Shown here: positions 1-11,170 of the stretch, piece by piece
Layout: every line of letters starts with the position of its first letter
Position numbering within the stretch: the first letter of the stretch is position 1
Assembly: GCA_051453625.1 (NCBI GenBank)
Contig: JBOZIK010000001.1
Coordinates: forward strand, 35,650,863-35,699,553
Direction: 5' to 3'
Source: Welwitschia mirabilis
Taxonomy: Eukaryota
DNA length: 48,691 nucleotides
Program-made: the position numbers and the translations under genes
The notes under the pieces: model-generated
What the model saw: only the letters and a program-made list of their open reading frames with translations
Told to the model about the DNA's origin: nothing
The model's database searches: none

Positions 1-420
1 AGTTTGTGACTTCTTTCTTATGCTTCCAGATGGTGGTTTCACTCATGAATCTCTTTATGAAGGATTTTTAAACTTGATTTCAAGATTTAAGGCTCTTATG
101 AGAAATTGTTCTAAGCTAAAGTTTTACTTTGTCTTTCAAGGTGATGGGAAAGATAATCACGTAGGTTATATTACTTATTCTTTTTTATCATTTCCAAAAG
201 TAAGGATAAGTTGTTTAATTTCGGTGATGTGTTGTAAAATATCTTTATCAGGCTGTCCACTAAAGGTAGGATAAGAATTCAAGTTTCGAAGTTCTACAAC
301 ATCACTGGGAGGTAAGTCAAAAGTATTTTGGAATTCATGTTTTTTATTTACTATAAGAGCTCTTAAGATAGCATGAGTATTGGGTTGAGAAGAAGTGGAA
401 TTAAGGGTTCCAATGACACA
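1..420 (-). pseudogene. Degenerate gag of an Athila-like Ty3/Gypsy retrotransposon (runs off the window start)
   Basis: Minus-strand translation gives YPTFSGQPDKDILQHITE and, after a frameshift, IFPITLKDKVKL*LRTISHKSLKS*NQV*KSFIKRFMSETTIWKHKKEVTN. This matches the Retrotrans_gag pattern LFPFSLKDKAK.WL...SI.TW..L...FL.KF and lies downstream of the PBS at 1104-1121. Confidence 0.8.
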
Positions 421-695
421 GGGTGGACATGGAGAGACAGATTGTTTAAGTTTTTTTTTCTGAGGTCAACATAGTAGCAAAATCAGACTCTACAGAATTA
501 AAAGTGGAAATTGTAGGAAATTCAAAATCTTATGTACCTTTTTTGTTTTGATTTGTTTCTACTTTCATATTTATTAAACCTTTTCTAATGTTTTTAATAA
601 TTAATAGTTATTCTCTCTAGTATTTTTCCTTTTTTCAAGACTTAATCATTCATACTCTATCTTGGATCTGTGAAAGTGTTATCTCGTATGTTTTT

Positions 696-945
696 TGGAC
701 AATAACCTGGATGATAGAAACACGAAAAACACAAGAAAAGGAAAAGTAGCAATAAAAACTAAAAAACTAACTTTATAACAAAAAGGTTAATAAAAAAAAC
801 TGTCATCCACCAGTGCTATATGGACAATATCTTGAATGACAGAAACATGGAAAACACAAGAAAAGAAAAAGTAGAAATAGAAATAAAAAACTAACTTTAT
901 AACAAAAAGGTTAATAAAATAGACTGTCATCCACCAGTGTTGTCT
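696..945. repeat. Two-copy ~125 bp tandem duplication in the retroelement 5' leader
   Basis: TGGACAATA...TAACTTTATAACAAAAAGGTTAATAAAA...CTGTCATCCACCAGTG starts at both 696 and 821. Confidence 0.9.
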
Positions 946-1103
946 AGACGACAGAGGAGATTATGATACTGACACTATAAAATTTTAGTAGAAAAACTAA
1001 AATATAAAAACTTATACTACTACTGGTGCTATTACACCACTACTACAGCAAGCATCTAGAATACTTACCATAGCAATGACAACTCTCAAACTCCAAGCAG
1101 CCT

Positions 1104-1121
1104 TCCCCGGCAACAGCACCA
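1104..1121 (-). promoter_or_regulatory. Primer-binding site complementary to the tRNA-Asp 3' end (Athila-type)
   Basis: Minus strand reads TGGTGCTGTTGCCGGGGA versus the canonical TGGCGCCGTTGCCGGGGA (2 transitions), 3 nt from the LTR terminus. Confidence 0.9.
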
Positions 1122-1124
1122 AGA

Positions 1125-1894
1125 TGTTGCAGTGTGTATTTATACAACATTCACATCTTGATTAGAATCTTATTAACTACAAATAATATGCACAAACATA
1201 ATACACTAATATAGTTGGGAGTGACTCGAATGTTGTAATCTGTTGAAGGCCAAAGTATGTAAATAAAAGAGTTTCTTTCAAGATAAAAATATGGTAACCC
1301 TATCCTACAGAAATAATTTGCAATGCATGGAAATAAAATAAAACACATTTGTGTAAGTCTAATCTAGAAAAGAAAATAGTGATGCACCTAAACTAACTAA
1401 GAATAACCTCGACAAAGGTTTCCCTCATAATCTATATCACAAAAGAAGCTTGTCATCGAATCTCAAATAACATAAACTATAAGGAACAAGATTGTTCATA
1501 CATCTGAATACAATATTAAAATATACATATCACATCTGTATTATAAAGTAGTCACTTCTCAAGGGAGAAAATCCCATTCAACACCAAGGAAATATATCTC
1601 TGAAATTACAGAATAATTCTCTAATCCTTCGATCTTCTGTCATAAGTATGTCAGGTACTGTCAAAGATGATTAAGAATCAAGGGGAAGGCCTTTATTTAT
1701 AGACTCAAAACAAGAAAGGAAAATAATAAAAAGGTGTAGGAAAAACCCTAACCACCATGTAAATAGAAGTCACAATTAAGTGATAACAGCTTAGGTGAAC
1801 ATGCAGTGCAAGTATCAGAAAACAGTGTCATCCTTCTGGTCATCCGGATGATATAAAAGACGATGCTAACTGATAGTTAGACCCTTGTCTGCTG
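1125..1894 (-). mobile_element. Athila-like 5' LTR, copy 1 (truncated by assembly gap 1895-1994)
   Basis: Begins TGTTGCAGTGTG directly beside the PBS and is collinear with the copies at 2064 and 3454. Confidence 0.85.
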
Positions 1895-2042
1895 NNNNNN
1901 NNNNNNNNNNNNNNNNNNNNNNNNNNNNNNNNNNNNNNNNNNNNNNNNNNNNNNNNNNNNNNNNNNNNNNNNNNNNNNNNNNNNNNNNNNNNNNCTAGAA
2001 TACTCACTAAAGCAATGACAACTCTCGAAATCCAAGCATCCT

Positions 2043-2060
2043 TCCCTAGCAACGGCGTCA
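2043..2060 (-). promoter_or_regulatory. Second tRNA-Asp PBS
   Basis: Plus strand TCCCTAGCAACGGCGTCA versus tRNA-Asp 3' end TCCCCGGCAACGGCGCCA (3 transitions), adjacent to LTR copy 2. Confidence 0.85.
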
Positions 2061-2063
2061 AGA

Positions 2064-3164
2064 TGTTATGGTGTGTATTTATGCAACGTTTATGTCCTGA
2101 TTAGAATCTTGTTAACTATAAATAATATGCACAAATAAAACACACTAATATAGATGGAAGTGATTTAAATGTCATAATCAGTTGAAGGCCAAAGTATGAA
2201 AATAAAAGAGTTGCTTTTAAGATAAAAATATGGTAACCCTAACCTACAAAAATAATTTGCAATGCCTGGAAATGAAATAAAATACATTTATGTAAGAATA
2301 ATCTAGGAAATAAAATAACAATGCTCCTAAACTAACTAAGCACAACCTTGACAAAGGTTGCCCTCATAATCTATATCACAAAAAAAGATTTGTCACCAAA
2401 TTTTAAATAACATAAAATATAAGAGAGAAGATCATGCATACATTTGAACATAAAAAACAAATATTTCATACTAAAAATGCATCCTGCACTTGTATTACAA
2501 AGTAGCCATTTATTAACATAGGAAATGCTAACCAACACTAAGGAAATGTCTTTCTGAAATTACAAAATGGTTCTCCAGTTCTTCAGCCTTCTATTACGAG
2601 TATGTCGGGTACTGTCGAAGATGATCAGGAGTCAAGGGAGAGACCTTTATTTAAAGAGTAAAAACAAGAAATGAAACTAATAGAAATGCATGGGAAATAC
2701 CCTAACCACCATGCAAGGAGAAGTCCAAATAAATGATAAAAGCTCAAGTGATCATGTAGTGCAAGCATTACAAAACAGTTTCATCCGTAAGGTTGTCCAG
2801 ACGATACAGGAGATGATGTCGACTGAGAATTAGATCCTTGTTTGCTAGTAGTATAACTACTTATGAGACCTATCATTGACTAGTTGGTGTGGTTATCTCT
2901 TTTGTCGTATAGACAATTAGGTGGACAATGGTCTTTAATGAATCTTCAATCAGTCTAGTTGCTTTGTTATTTACAGGAAATTATCATCAAAATATTATTC
3001 ATTCACATTTGCACAGAAGGCTTCTAATTAAGCTGGAAATCACATATTTCCATCTTTTTCATCCTAATTCTCTATTATCATGAGAACTAAGAATTTATCT
3101 ACCAGTTTATCTGCAAAACAACTCAGAATATCCTATCAAATACATGTAAGTTGATGGTGCAACA
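2064..3164 (-). mobile_element. Athila-like LTR, copy 2 (complete, ~1.1 kb)
   Basis: Runs from TGTT at 2064 to TGCAACA at 3158-3164, the reverse complement of the TGTTGCA start of copy 1. Confidence 0.8.
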
Positions 3165-3453
3165 ATAAGGTAAAAATGAAAGTAAAGGTTTAATCTTCCA
3201 TTATGATTTTATCATAGTATGATAAACTTGTGATAAAATCCAATTTACTAAGAATCATTTTAGTTATTGCAAATTAATGAAATATGATATCTAATAAAAA
3301 ATACCTAAGGTTTTGTAATTGGAATTCATCACAAGCCAATGGAATGAAATTAANNNNNNNNNNNNNNNNNNNNNNNNNNNNNNNNNNNNNNNNNNNNNNN
3401 NNNNNNNNNNNNNNNNNNNNNNNNNNNNNNNNNNNNNNNNNNNNNNNNNNNNN

Positions 3454-4467
3454 AGATGGGAGTAACTTGAATGTCGTAATCCATTGAAGGCCAAAGTATG
3501 GAAATAAAAGAGTTACTTTCAAGATAAAAAATATGATAACCCTAACCTACAGAAATAATTTACAATGACTGAAAATAAAATAAAACACACTTGTGTAAGA
3601 CTAATCTACGAAAAGAAATAGCAATACACCTAAACTAATTAAACACAAACTTAATAATAGTTGTCCTCATAATCTATATCAAAAAAGAAGATTTATTACA
3701 AAATTTCAAATAACATAAAATATGAGGGAGAAGATCATTCATACATTTGAACATTAAAAAATATATTTCATATTAAAAATGCATACCACATCTATATTAC
3801 AAAGTAGCCATTCTTCAATAGAGGAAACACTATCCAACACCAAGGAAATGTCTCTATAAAATTATAGAATGGTTCTCCAGTGCTTTGACCTCCTGTCACA
3901 AGTATATCAGGTACTGTCGAAAATGATCAGAAGTCAAGGGAGAGACCTTTGTTTATAGACTAAAAACAAGAAATGAAACTGATAGAAATGCATGGGAAAA
4001 ACCCTAACCACTATGCAAGAAGAAGTTGAAATAAGTGACAAAAACTCAAGTGATTATGTAGTGCAAGCATTATAAAATAGTGTCCTCTGTAAGATCATCC
4101 AAATGATACAGGTAATGATGTCAACTGAGAGTTAGATCCTTCTCTGCTACTAGTCCAAATACTTGTGAGACCTGTCATTGACCAATTAGTACAGTCATCT
4201 ATTCTATTATCCAGACAATTAGATGGATGATGGTCTTTAATGAATCTTCAATCAGTCTAGTTGCTTTGTTGTTTATAGGAGATTATCATCAAAATATTGT
4301 TCATTCACATTTGCATAGAATGCTTCTAATTGAGTTGGAAATCACATATTTCCATCTTTTTTATCCTGGTTCTTTATTATCATGAGAACTGAGAATTTAT
4401 CTACCAGTTTACCTACAAAAAAAACTCAAAATATCCTATCAAATACATGTAAGTTGACGGTGCAACA
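3454..4467 (-). mobile_element. Athila-like LTR, copy 3 (left part lost in gap 3354-3453)
   Basis: Collinear with copy 2, ends TGCAACA at 4461-4467, and shares the same external flank as copy 2. Confidence 0.8.
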
Positions 4468-7063
4468 ATAAAGTAAAAATAAAATTAAAGGTTTAATCTT
4501 CCATTATGATTTTATCATAGTATGATAAACTTGTGATAAAATCCAATTTACTAAGCATCATTTTAATTATTGTAAATTAATGAAATATGATAGCTAATAA
4601 AAAATACCTAAGGTTTTGTAATATAATTCATCATAAGCCAATGGAATGAAATTAATATAAGCTACTTTTAGGTATTATTATCTAATTATCACTAGGTAAT
4701 GATCTATGATAGTTTATAAATAGTTTCCAAAATTTTATCATATGCATGATAAGGTGTGATAAGTTAGAAATAAGTAATACAATTTTTTGAAGAGGTTTTT
4801 AAGTTTTATTATACATTGATTCATCTATGATAACTATCACATTTGAGACATCTATTGATACATATGTGATTAAATTATCTTTTTTTATGATAATATTATC
4901 ACATTATGATATACTTATGATAAGGAATTTTATTTGATCCTTATGATACACTTGTGATAAACCATTTTATTTGATCCTTATATATGTATACATATATATA
5001 AATATAATTTTTTCCCTTAAAAATATTTTCCTTTTTTTCCATTTAGAAATATCCTTACATACTATGTATGAGATTAGAAAAGGGTTCAAATACTTAAGTT
5101 TTATGTACCTCACTTATTTCATTTTGTAAAATGAGATGAGTAGTAGCATGCATGAAGTCTATATTAATGAAGTCAATGTTTATGTAATCTATTCTTATAG
5201 AATTTGAGTATATTCTTGATTAGGAATAATGTTTGCTTCAAAATAGATTTTAATCAAGAAAATTCAAGGTTAATTGACTTATTTTAATCTCTCATAAGTC
5301 TCACCATTAATGATAAGCACTTACTAGTTTACTTATTTGAACTACTATTCCCATGTAAACTAAAATAATTAACATCTCTCATTACGTAGGTAAAGAATAT
5401 AAGTCATTATTAGAAGCATATGGGGTAGCATTCAAGAGGTGGAAATCACTTAAATTATAAAATATTGTAAATAATAAAAAATTAAAAGAAAATAAACACT
5501 TATAAGGAATTTTATTAGTTCACTTATTGTTTAACATTTATTTCATATTAACAACTAAAAGATAAGGGATTATTAACTTTATCAAATCTAAAGAATTTAT
5601 TATATTAAGTGCCCATTATGATTTGAGAAGATTCATCCCCTTATAGATTTTGGATTTAAATGTTGTGTTTATCATGCAAGAAGGAGTTGCTCTTTTCCTA
5701 AGAATTATCTTGTGATATCCTAACTTTAATTACCCTAATTAACCATAATTTTTTAAAGCATTATTAACTAAGATGCATGATGGAACCTAGGATCGAATCC
5801 TATTTAGGCCATATTAACACATTATAAGGTTTAAAATAATTATATAATATAATTATTACTTAACTATAGACCCTTTTAGTTTGCATATAATTACAATGTC
5901 AAAATTTTATCTTATATTTATTCCTAACTTTTTTCTTCACCACACAGAGTATCTTATCTAAAGTTAATGGGATGTAAACTTTTTTATCACATACAATGGA
6001 CAAGTTTTAGGATAGTGCCTAATAAATGTAATAGGAGGTTGCATCTCCCATTAATAGCATTATAACTTTATATCTAACCACTCTCCAAATGTGAGGTGGT
6101 TTTACTTTAGGTTCTATACTATACAAACATGGCTAGGCTCAACTCCATAGGCTTTAGTCTTCACCTCGATACACTCCTAATACAAGTAACTAGCATTACA
6201 TAATGTGGATGCATTCTTATAAGTAACCCCTACTTCTTTTAAGCATCAAAAGAGGGTGCAACACGATCCTTTAATACCAAGGGCTTGACATATTAAGTTA
6301 GAGTAAGGCTATGCATGGGTAGGGTAGGAGAGTCGTGATGAAATTCACTTTTAAAAGGTTTTGAAACTAAAAGTATAATGTAACCCACCTTGGTGATGAA
6401 ATCCAAGTACGGGGATGAATAGTTATTAAGATTATATTAGTTTAGTTGAATGAATACACCATTCAAATGGAAGCATACAATATGTGGATGCTTAGTGGAT
6501 TGTTTATCTAGTAAAAATAATTCTAATTATCATTGTGCTTATTTTAAGAAACAATCATAAAGAATAAAAATAAAACATATAATCATCTTTTTCATTTACA
6601 TAAAGGAAAATCATACATTTTTAAAGTATAACAATGAAAATAAATGAAAGAAAACATCTCTTCATTTTTCTACATTATAGTAGTTCTTTCAAATAAGATA
6701 CATTAATACATCCAAGTTCTATTGTAAAAACATGCTCCATTTATAAAACTAAGTTAACTTATAAACCCCATTTATTATTTCTAAGTGTCTATATCAAAAT
6801 AAAATTAGGTAATATATATATATATATATTATTAAAAATAAATATTAATGAAGCTAATTGATTAGACTACACACCTTTAGAATTATTAAGTAAATAACTT
6901 TAATGTTTATGCTTGAAAGGCAAGAAGAAGAGCCTAAATTTTAATAAATAGTAGGTATACATAATAGAAAAATAAACTTGACTTGATTAGAAATCATATA
7001 TAGTATTTAAAATAATATGGTACTTGCATTAGATAATTTTCTATAATTATTAAAGTTAATTAC

Positions 7064-7741
7064 AAATTTTTATCTTTTGGAAGGCATTAAAGATAAAAAT
7101 TTCTAATTAATTATTTAAAAATGTAAAAATAAATTAGACTTAATTTTTTTAAACTACAATAAATTTGAATTAACCTAGATGTATTTTATAGGTTTAAACT
7201 TTAAATTATAAAAGCTGCCTAAGTTTTAGAATTGCTAAACTAATACCTTTTACTAAAACGGCTATAACTTTTAATCTATTTAGCATTTTTCAATGTGTAA
7301 ATACTTTTTTGAAAGCTGAGTATGTTATCTATAAAGTTGAATACTCTATTTTTATCCTAAATTCTCTATAAATCTGAAAAGTGAAAACTAGTTGCTTTCT
7401 ATTATCTGCTTATAAATTTTATGATATTTTTAAAAAAATAAACTATAAAAATTATTTTGATCTTAAAAAATTACTGTTTTAGAACTTTTAACTTATTATC
7501 ATAACTATAGACTACATATAAAAATTTAATAAATGTTTACTTAGTATTAAATGAGTTATAACTTTCCTAACTTGATTTACTTAACAAAAAGAGTAAACTT
7601 TAACTAAGCTAAGAACAAGAGAATTCATATTAATTTATAGAAATAAGAATCAATTAAAATAACTATGAAATTATAATAAAATTTTTATTCTAAATATATA
7701 AAACAAATTAGAGTTAATATAAACTTAATTTATTATAATAA
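7064..7741. repeat. AT-rich repeat, copy a (probably LTR-derived)
   Basis: Collinear with 9345-10060 and 10310-10790 (e.g. TTAAATGAGTTATAACTTT, CTAAGAACAAGAGAA, TAATTTATAGAAATAA). Confidence 0.75.
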
Positions 7742-7743
7742 AA

Positions 7744-7857
7744 ACCAAAGGCGAAAGCACTCTGCTGGACCGGCATTGACACTGAGAGATGAAAGCTAAG
7801 GGAGCGAATGGGATTAGAGACTCCAGTAGTCTTAGCCGTAAACAATGGATACTAAGT
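7744..7857 (+). pseudogene. rrn16: Nuclear plastid DNA (NUPT): chloroplast 16S rRNA fragment
   Basis: GGCGAAAGCACTCTGCTGG...GACACTGAGAGA.GAAAGCTA.GGGAGCGAATGGGATTAGA.AC.CCAGTAGTC.TAGCCGTAAAC.ATGGATACTA matches plastid 16S; the differences are mostly C>T/G>A. Confidence 0.95.
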
Positions 7858-8016
7858 ATCTATCAATTTAGAACTGAATTTGGACTCCATATTTGGACCC
7901 AGACGTTTTCGAAATGCCTTTAATAACTAATGAATGGATACTATTTTTCCTTGGTTAGGTTTTATTTCAAAGGGAACTTGATAAGTTGATCCACTTTTAC
8001 ATCTTTTTGTTTCTAT
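7855..8016 (-). pseudogene. rps7: NUPT: plastid ribosomal protein S7 fragment
   Basis: Minus strand translates IETKRCKSGSTYQVPFEIKPNQGKIVSIH*LLKAFRKRLGPNMESKFSSKLIDT, gap-free collinear with plastid S7 [52 protein letters not shown], with a W>stop (TGG>TAG). Confidence 0.92.
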
Positions 8017-8421
8017 AAGACAAGTTTAGAAACTATTAGCACTATTTTTTAATAAAGCACTAATGTTTTCTATTGGATGTTCTTCAATTTGTAGCATGTT
8101 CTTTAGAAAGTAATAATTAAGCTAAAATTATCATGGAAAAATTCATAAGTTTATAAATCATGTGCAAAATGGTAGAAGACATAATTTTATGATAAAAATA
8201 ACTATTTTAATGTCTTTTTCTAAGCTAAATTAGTCAAATATAATAGGTTTAAATGTAAAATTCTACATATTATCACTACTCAAAAATGATTTTGAAGTAC
8301 TTGGTCATAGTTTACTATCTAGGATGTTTGTAATGATGAAGAGCATAAAATTGGAATTAGACAAGGCTCACATACATTACATAATGATGATGATGATGAT
8401 GCACTCTACTTGATATTTAAT

Positions 8422-8775
8422 GATGAACCAACCTTGTTTTAGGATGTTATTCAACATGATAGTTGGAAAAAATCCATAAAAGAAGAATATGATAACCTTG
8501 TTGAAAATGGTATTTGAGATTTGGTAGATCTTACATTAGAGTTAATAACATTATCTAACAAAAGGTTTTCTATGACAAACATAATGTATATAACATCCTT
8601 GATAGACATAAAGCTCATCTTATTGCTATAGGCCTACATTAAAAGAAAGGACTTGAATTTAAGGAGGCCTTCATATTAATTGAAAAATGGGCTACCATTA
8701 GAACAGTGATTTCTTTGGCTACATAAAGGGGATGAAAGCTTCATCAATTAGACATAAACACTACCTTTTTTACAT
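8422..8775 (+). pseudogene. Ty1/Copia reverse transcriptase (RVT_2) N-terminal relic
   Basis: DEPTLF*DVIQHDSWKKSIKEEYDNLVENGI*DLVDL...DRHKAHLIAIG..KKGLEFKEAF..EKWATIRTVISLAT*RG*KLHQLDINTTF matches EP..W..AM.EE...N.TW.LV...RYKARLVAKG...TIR...HQMDVKTAFL. Confidence 0.9.
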
Positions 8776-9344
8776 AAATATTTTATTATATCCCATATTT
8801 TGTAAACCTTATTCACTTGAATATTAAGTATATTAAGCTTTGAGTCAAATGATTAATTATCCTTATTTAAATTTCTTATCAAAATAAGATGTTATTTTAA
8901 TTAAACTTAGTTAGTAATTTTCATAATTTACCATGAAAATGAAAAAAAATATGTTAGAAGGTTTTTATAAGAAAATCTATCTAAGCATATAAAATTAGAT
9001 AATCCCATTATGTAAGGAATTAAAAACATAGAAATTAAAAGCTTCAAGAGGATATAATAATATATTTTATATTTTGTTTACTCATTCAAATTCTTAGTAA
9101 ATGTGATAGGTTTATTATTTTATGGATCAAAATTTTCTTCATTGTGTTATGTGATTAATGGATTTTATGCATTTTGAAATAAATGAGAATTTGAACAAGT
9201 ACATGCATCCTTACCTAGAACTAAGAATGATAAAAGAGTAGATTNNNNNNNNNNNNNNNNNNNNNNNNNNNNNNNNNNNNNNNNNNNNNNNNNNNNNNNN
9301 NNNNNNNNNNNNNNNNNNNNNNNNNNNNNNNNNNNNNNNNNNNN

Positions 9345-10209
9345 AAATTTTTTAGCTTTTAGAAGGAATTAAAGATAAAAATTTATAATTAATTATTTAA
9401 AAACATAAAAATAAATTAGACTTAATTTTCTTAAAGTAGATTCATTATAATATTATTAAAAACTAATTTTAATATATTTTAATTAGACTAAATGTATTTT
9501 ATAGGTTCAAACTTCAAACTATAAAAATTGCCTAAGTTTTAGGATTGCTAAACTAATACCCTTTACTAAAATGACCATAACTTTTAATCTACTTGAAGTT
9601 CGTTAATGAGTAAATTCTTTTTGAAAAAATTATTAAATTCTCTACATGTTAGAATACTTTATCTTTACCTAGAATGCTTTGTAAATTCTAGAAACTGAAA
9701 CATTTTTCTTGTTATTTTTTGCTTATAAATTTTGAGATATTTTCATAAATTAAATTTTAAAAATTATTTTAGTTTTAAAAAATTCACTATTTTAGAAATC
9801 TTAAATTTGTAACATAATTATAGAGATATATAAAAAAAATTCATAAAATTTTACTTAGTGTTAAATGAGTTATAACTTTCTTAATTTACTTGACTTAAAA
9901 AAAAAAGGTAAGCTTTATCTAGACTAAGAACAAGAGAACTCATACTAATTTATAGAAATAAAAATCAATTAAATTAACTATATGTTCATAATAAAATTTT
10001 TATTGTAAATATATAAAACATAGTTAAAATTAATATAAACTTAACTTACTATAATAAATAATACAATAATACTATGTGCCTTAGGATTTTCTAAGAAGGA
10101 GTGCCTTGCCTAAATAGATTCTTAAGGATCAGACTTGTTTATCCTAATAAGGCTCTAATGAAAATATGATGTAAAATGAATTTAAATAATAATATAATAT
10201 AATGTAACT
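9345..10209. repeat. AT-rich repeat, copy b (between two 100-N gaps)
   Basis: Collinear with copies a and c, and closer to c. Confidence 0.75.
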
Positions 10210-10309
10210 NNNNNNNNNNNNNNNNNNNNNNNNNNNNNNNNNNNNNNNNNNNNNNNNNNNNNNNNNNNNNNNNNNNNNNNNNNNNNNNNNNNNNNNNNNN
10301 NNNNNNNNN

Positions 10310-10935
10310 AACTTTTAATCTACTTGAAGTTTTTTAATGAATAAAGTCTTTTTTAAAATATTATTAAATTATCTACATTTTAGAATACTCTATCTTTACC
10401 TAGAATTCTTTGTAAATTCTAGAAACTAAAACATTTTTCTTGTTATTGTTTGCTTATAAATTTTGAGATATTTCTATAAATTAAATTTTAAAAATTATTA
10501 TAGTCTTAAAAATTTACTATTTTAGAAATCTTAAATTCCTAACATAATTATAGAGATATATAAAAAAATTCATAAAATTTTACTTAGTGTTAAATGAGTT
10601 ATGACTTTCTTAATTTGCATGACTTAAAAAAAAAAAGGTAAGCTTTAACTAGACTAAGAACAAGAGAACTCATACTAATTTATAGAAATAAAAATTAATA
10701 AAATTAAATATAGCTTCATAATAAAATTTGTATTATAAATATATAAAACATAGTTAGAATTAATATAAACTTAACTTACTATAATAAACAATACAACAAT
10801 ACAATGAGCCTTAGGATTTTTTAAGAAGGAATGCCTTGCCTAAATAGATTCTTGAGGATCAGACTTGTTTATTATAATAATGCTCTAATACAAATATGAT
10901 GTAAAATAAATTTAAATAATAATCTAATATTGTGC
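10310..10935. repeat. AT-rich repeat, copy c
   Basis: Highly similar to 9579-10209. Confidence 0.75.
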
Positions 10936-10969
10936 AACATAGATACCCAAAATCATAAAGAACCCCCTC

Positions 10970-11170
10970 ATCACTTGGCCAAAATATCCATTAGATACAT
11001 AGAATCTAAGCATGTTAAGAGGTCCATCAACTCTTTCCCTCATCTTAGTCTATATTAGTGGGGGAGCATATATATATATATATATATACATTAGTATCCT
11101 CATCAACTAAGCATGTAAAAAGATCCCTAAAATCTCTCCCTTATCTTAGTATTAACCAATGAGAGAAAAA
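10970..11170. repeat. Dispersed LTR-like repeat shared with 45040-45230
   Basis: ATCCATTAGATACATA...CTAAGCATGTTAA.A..TCC...TTCCCTCATCT.AGTCTAT..TAGTGGG occurs at both places, each with a second internal sub-repeat. Confidence 0.6.

Noticed and set aside
20..274. 84-aa plus-strand ORF containing ESLYE..RFK
   Set aside because: It is antisense to a clearer gag relic whose orientation agrees with the PBS; treated as a shadow ORF.
7744..7857. Bacterial contamination or a functional rRNA gene
   Set aside because: Plastid-type sequence only 114 bp long, transition-decayed and contiguous with nuclear repeats.
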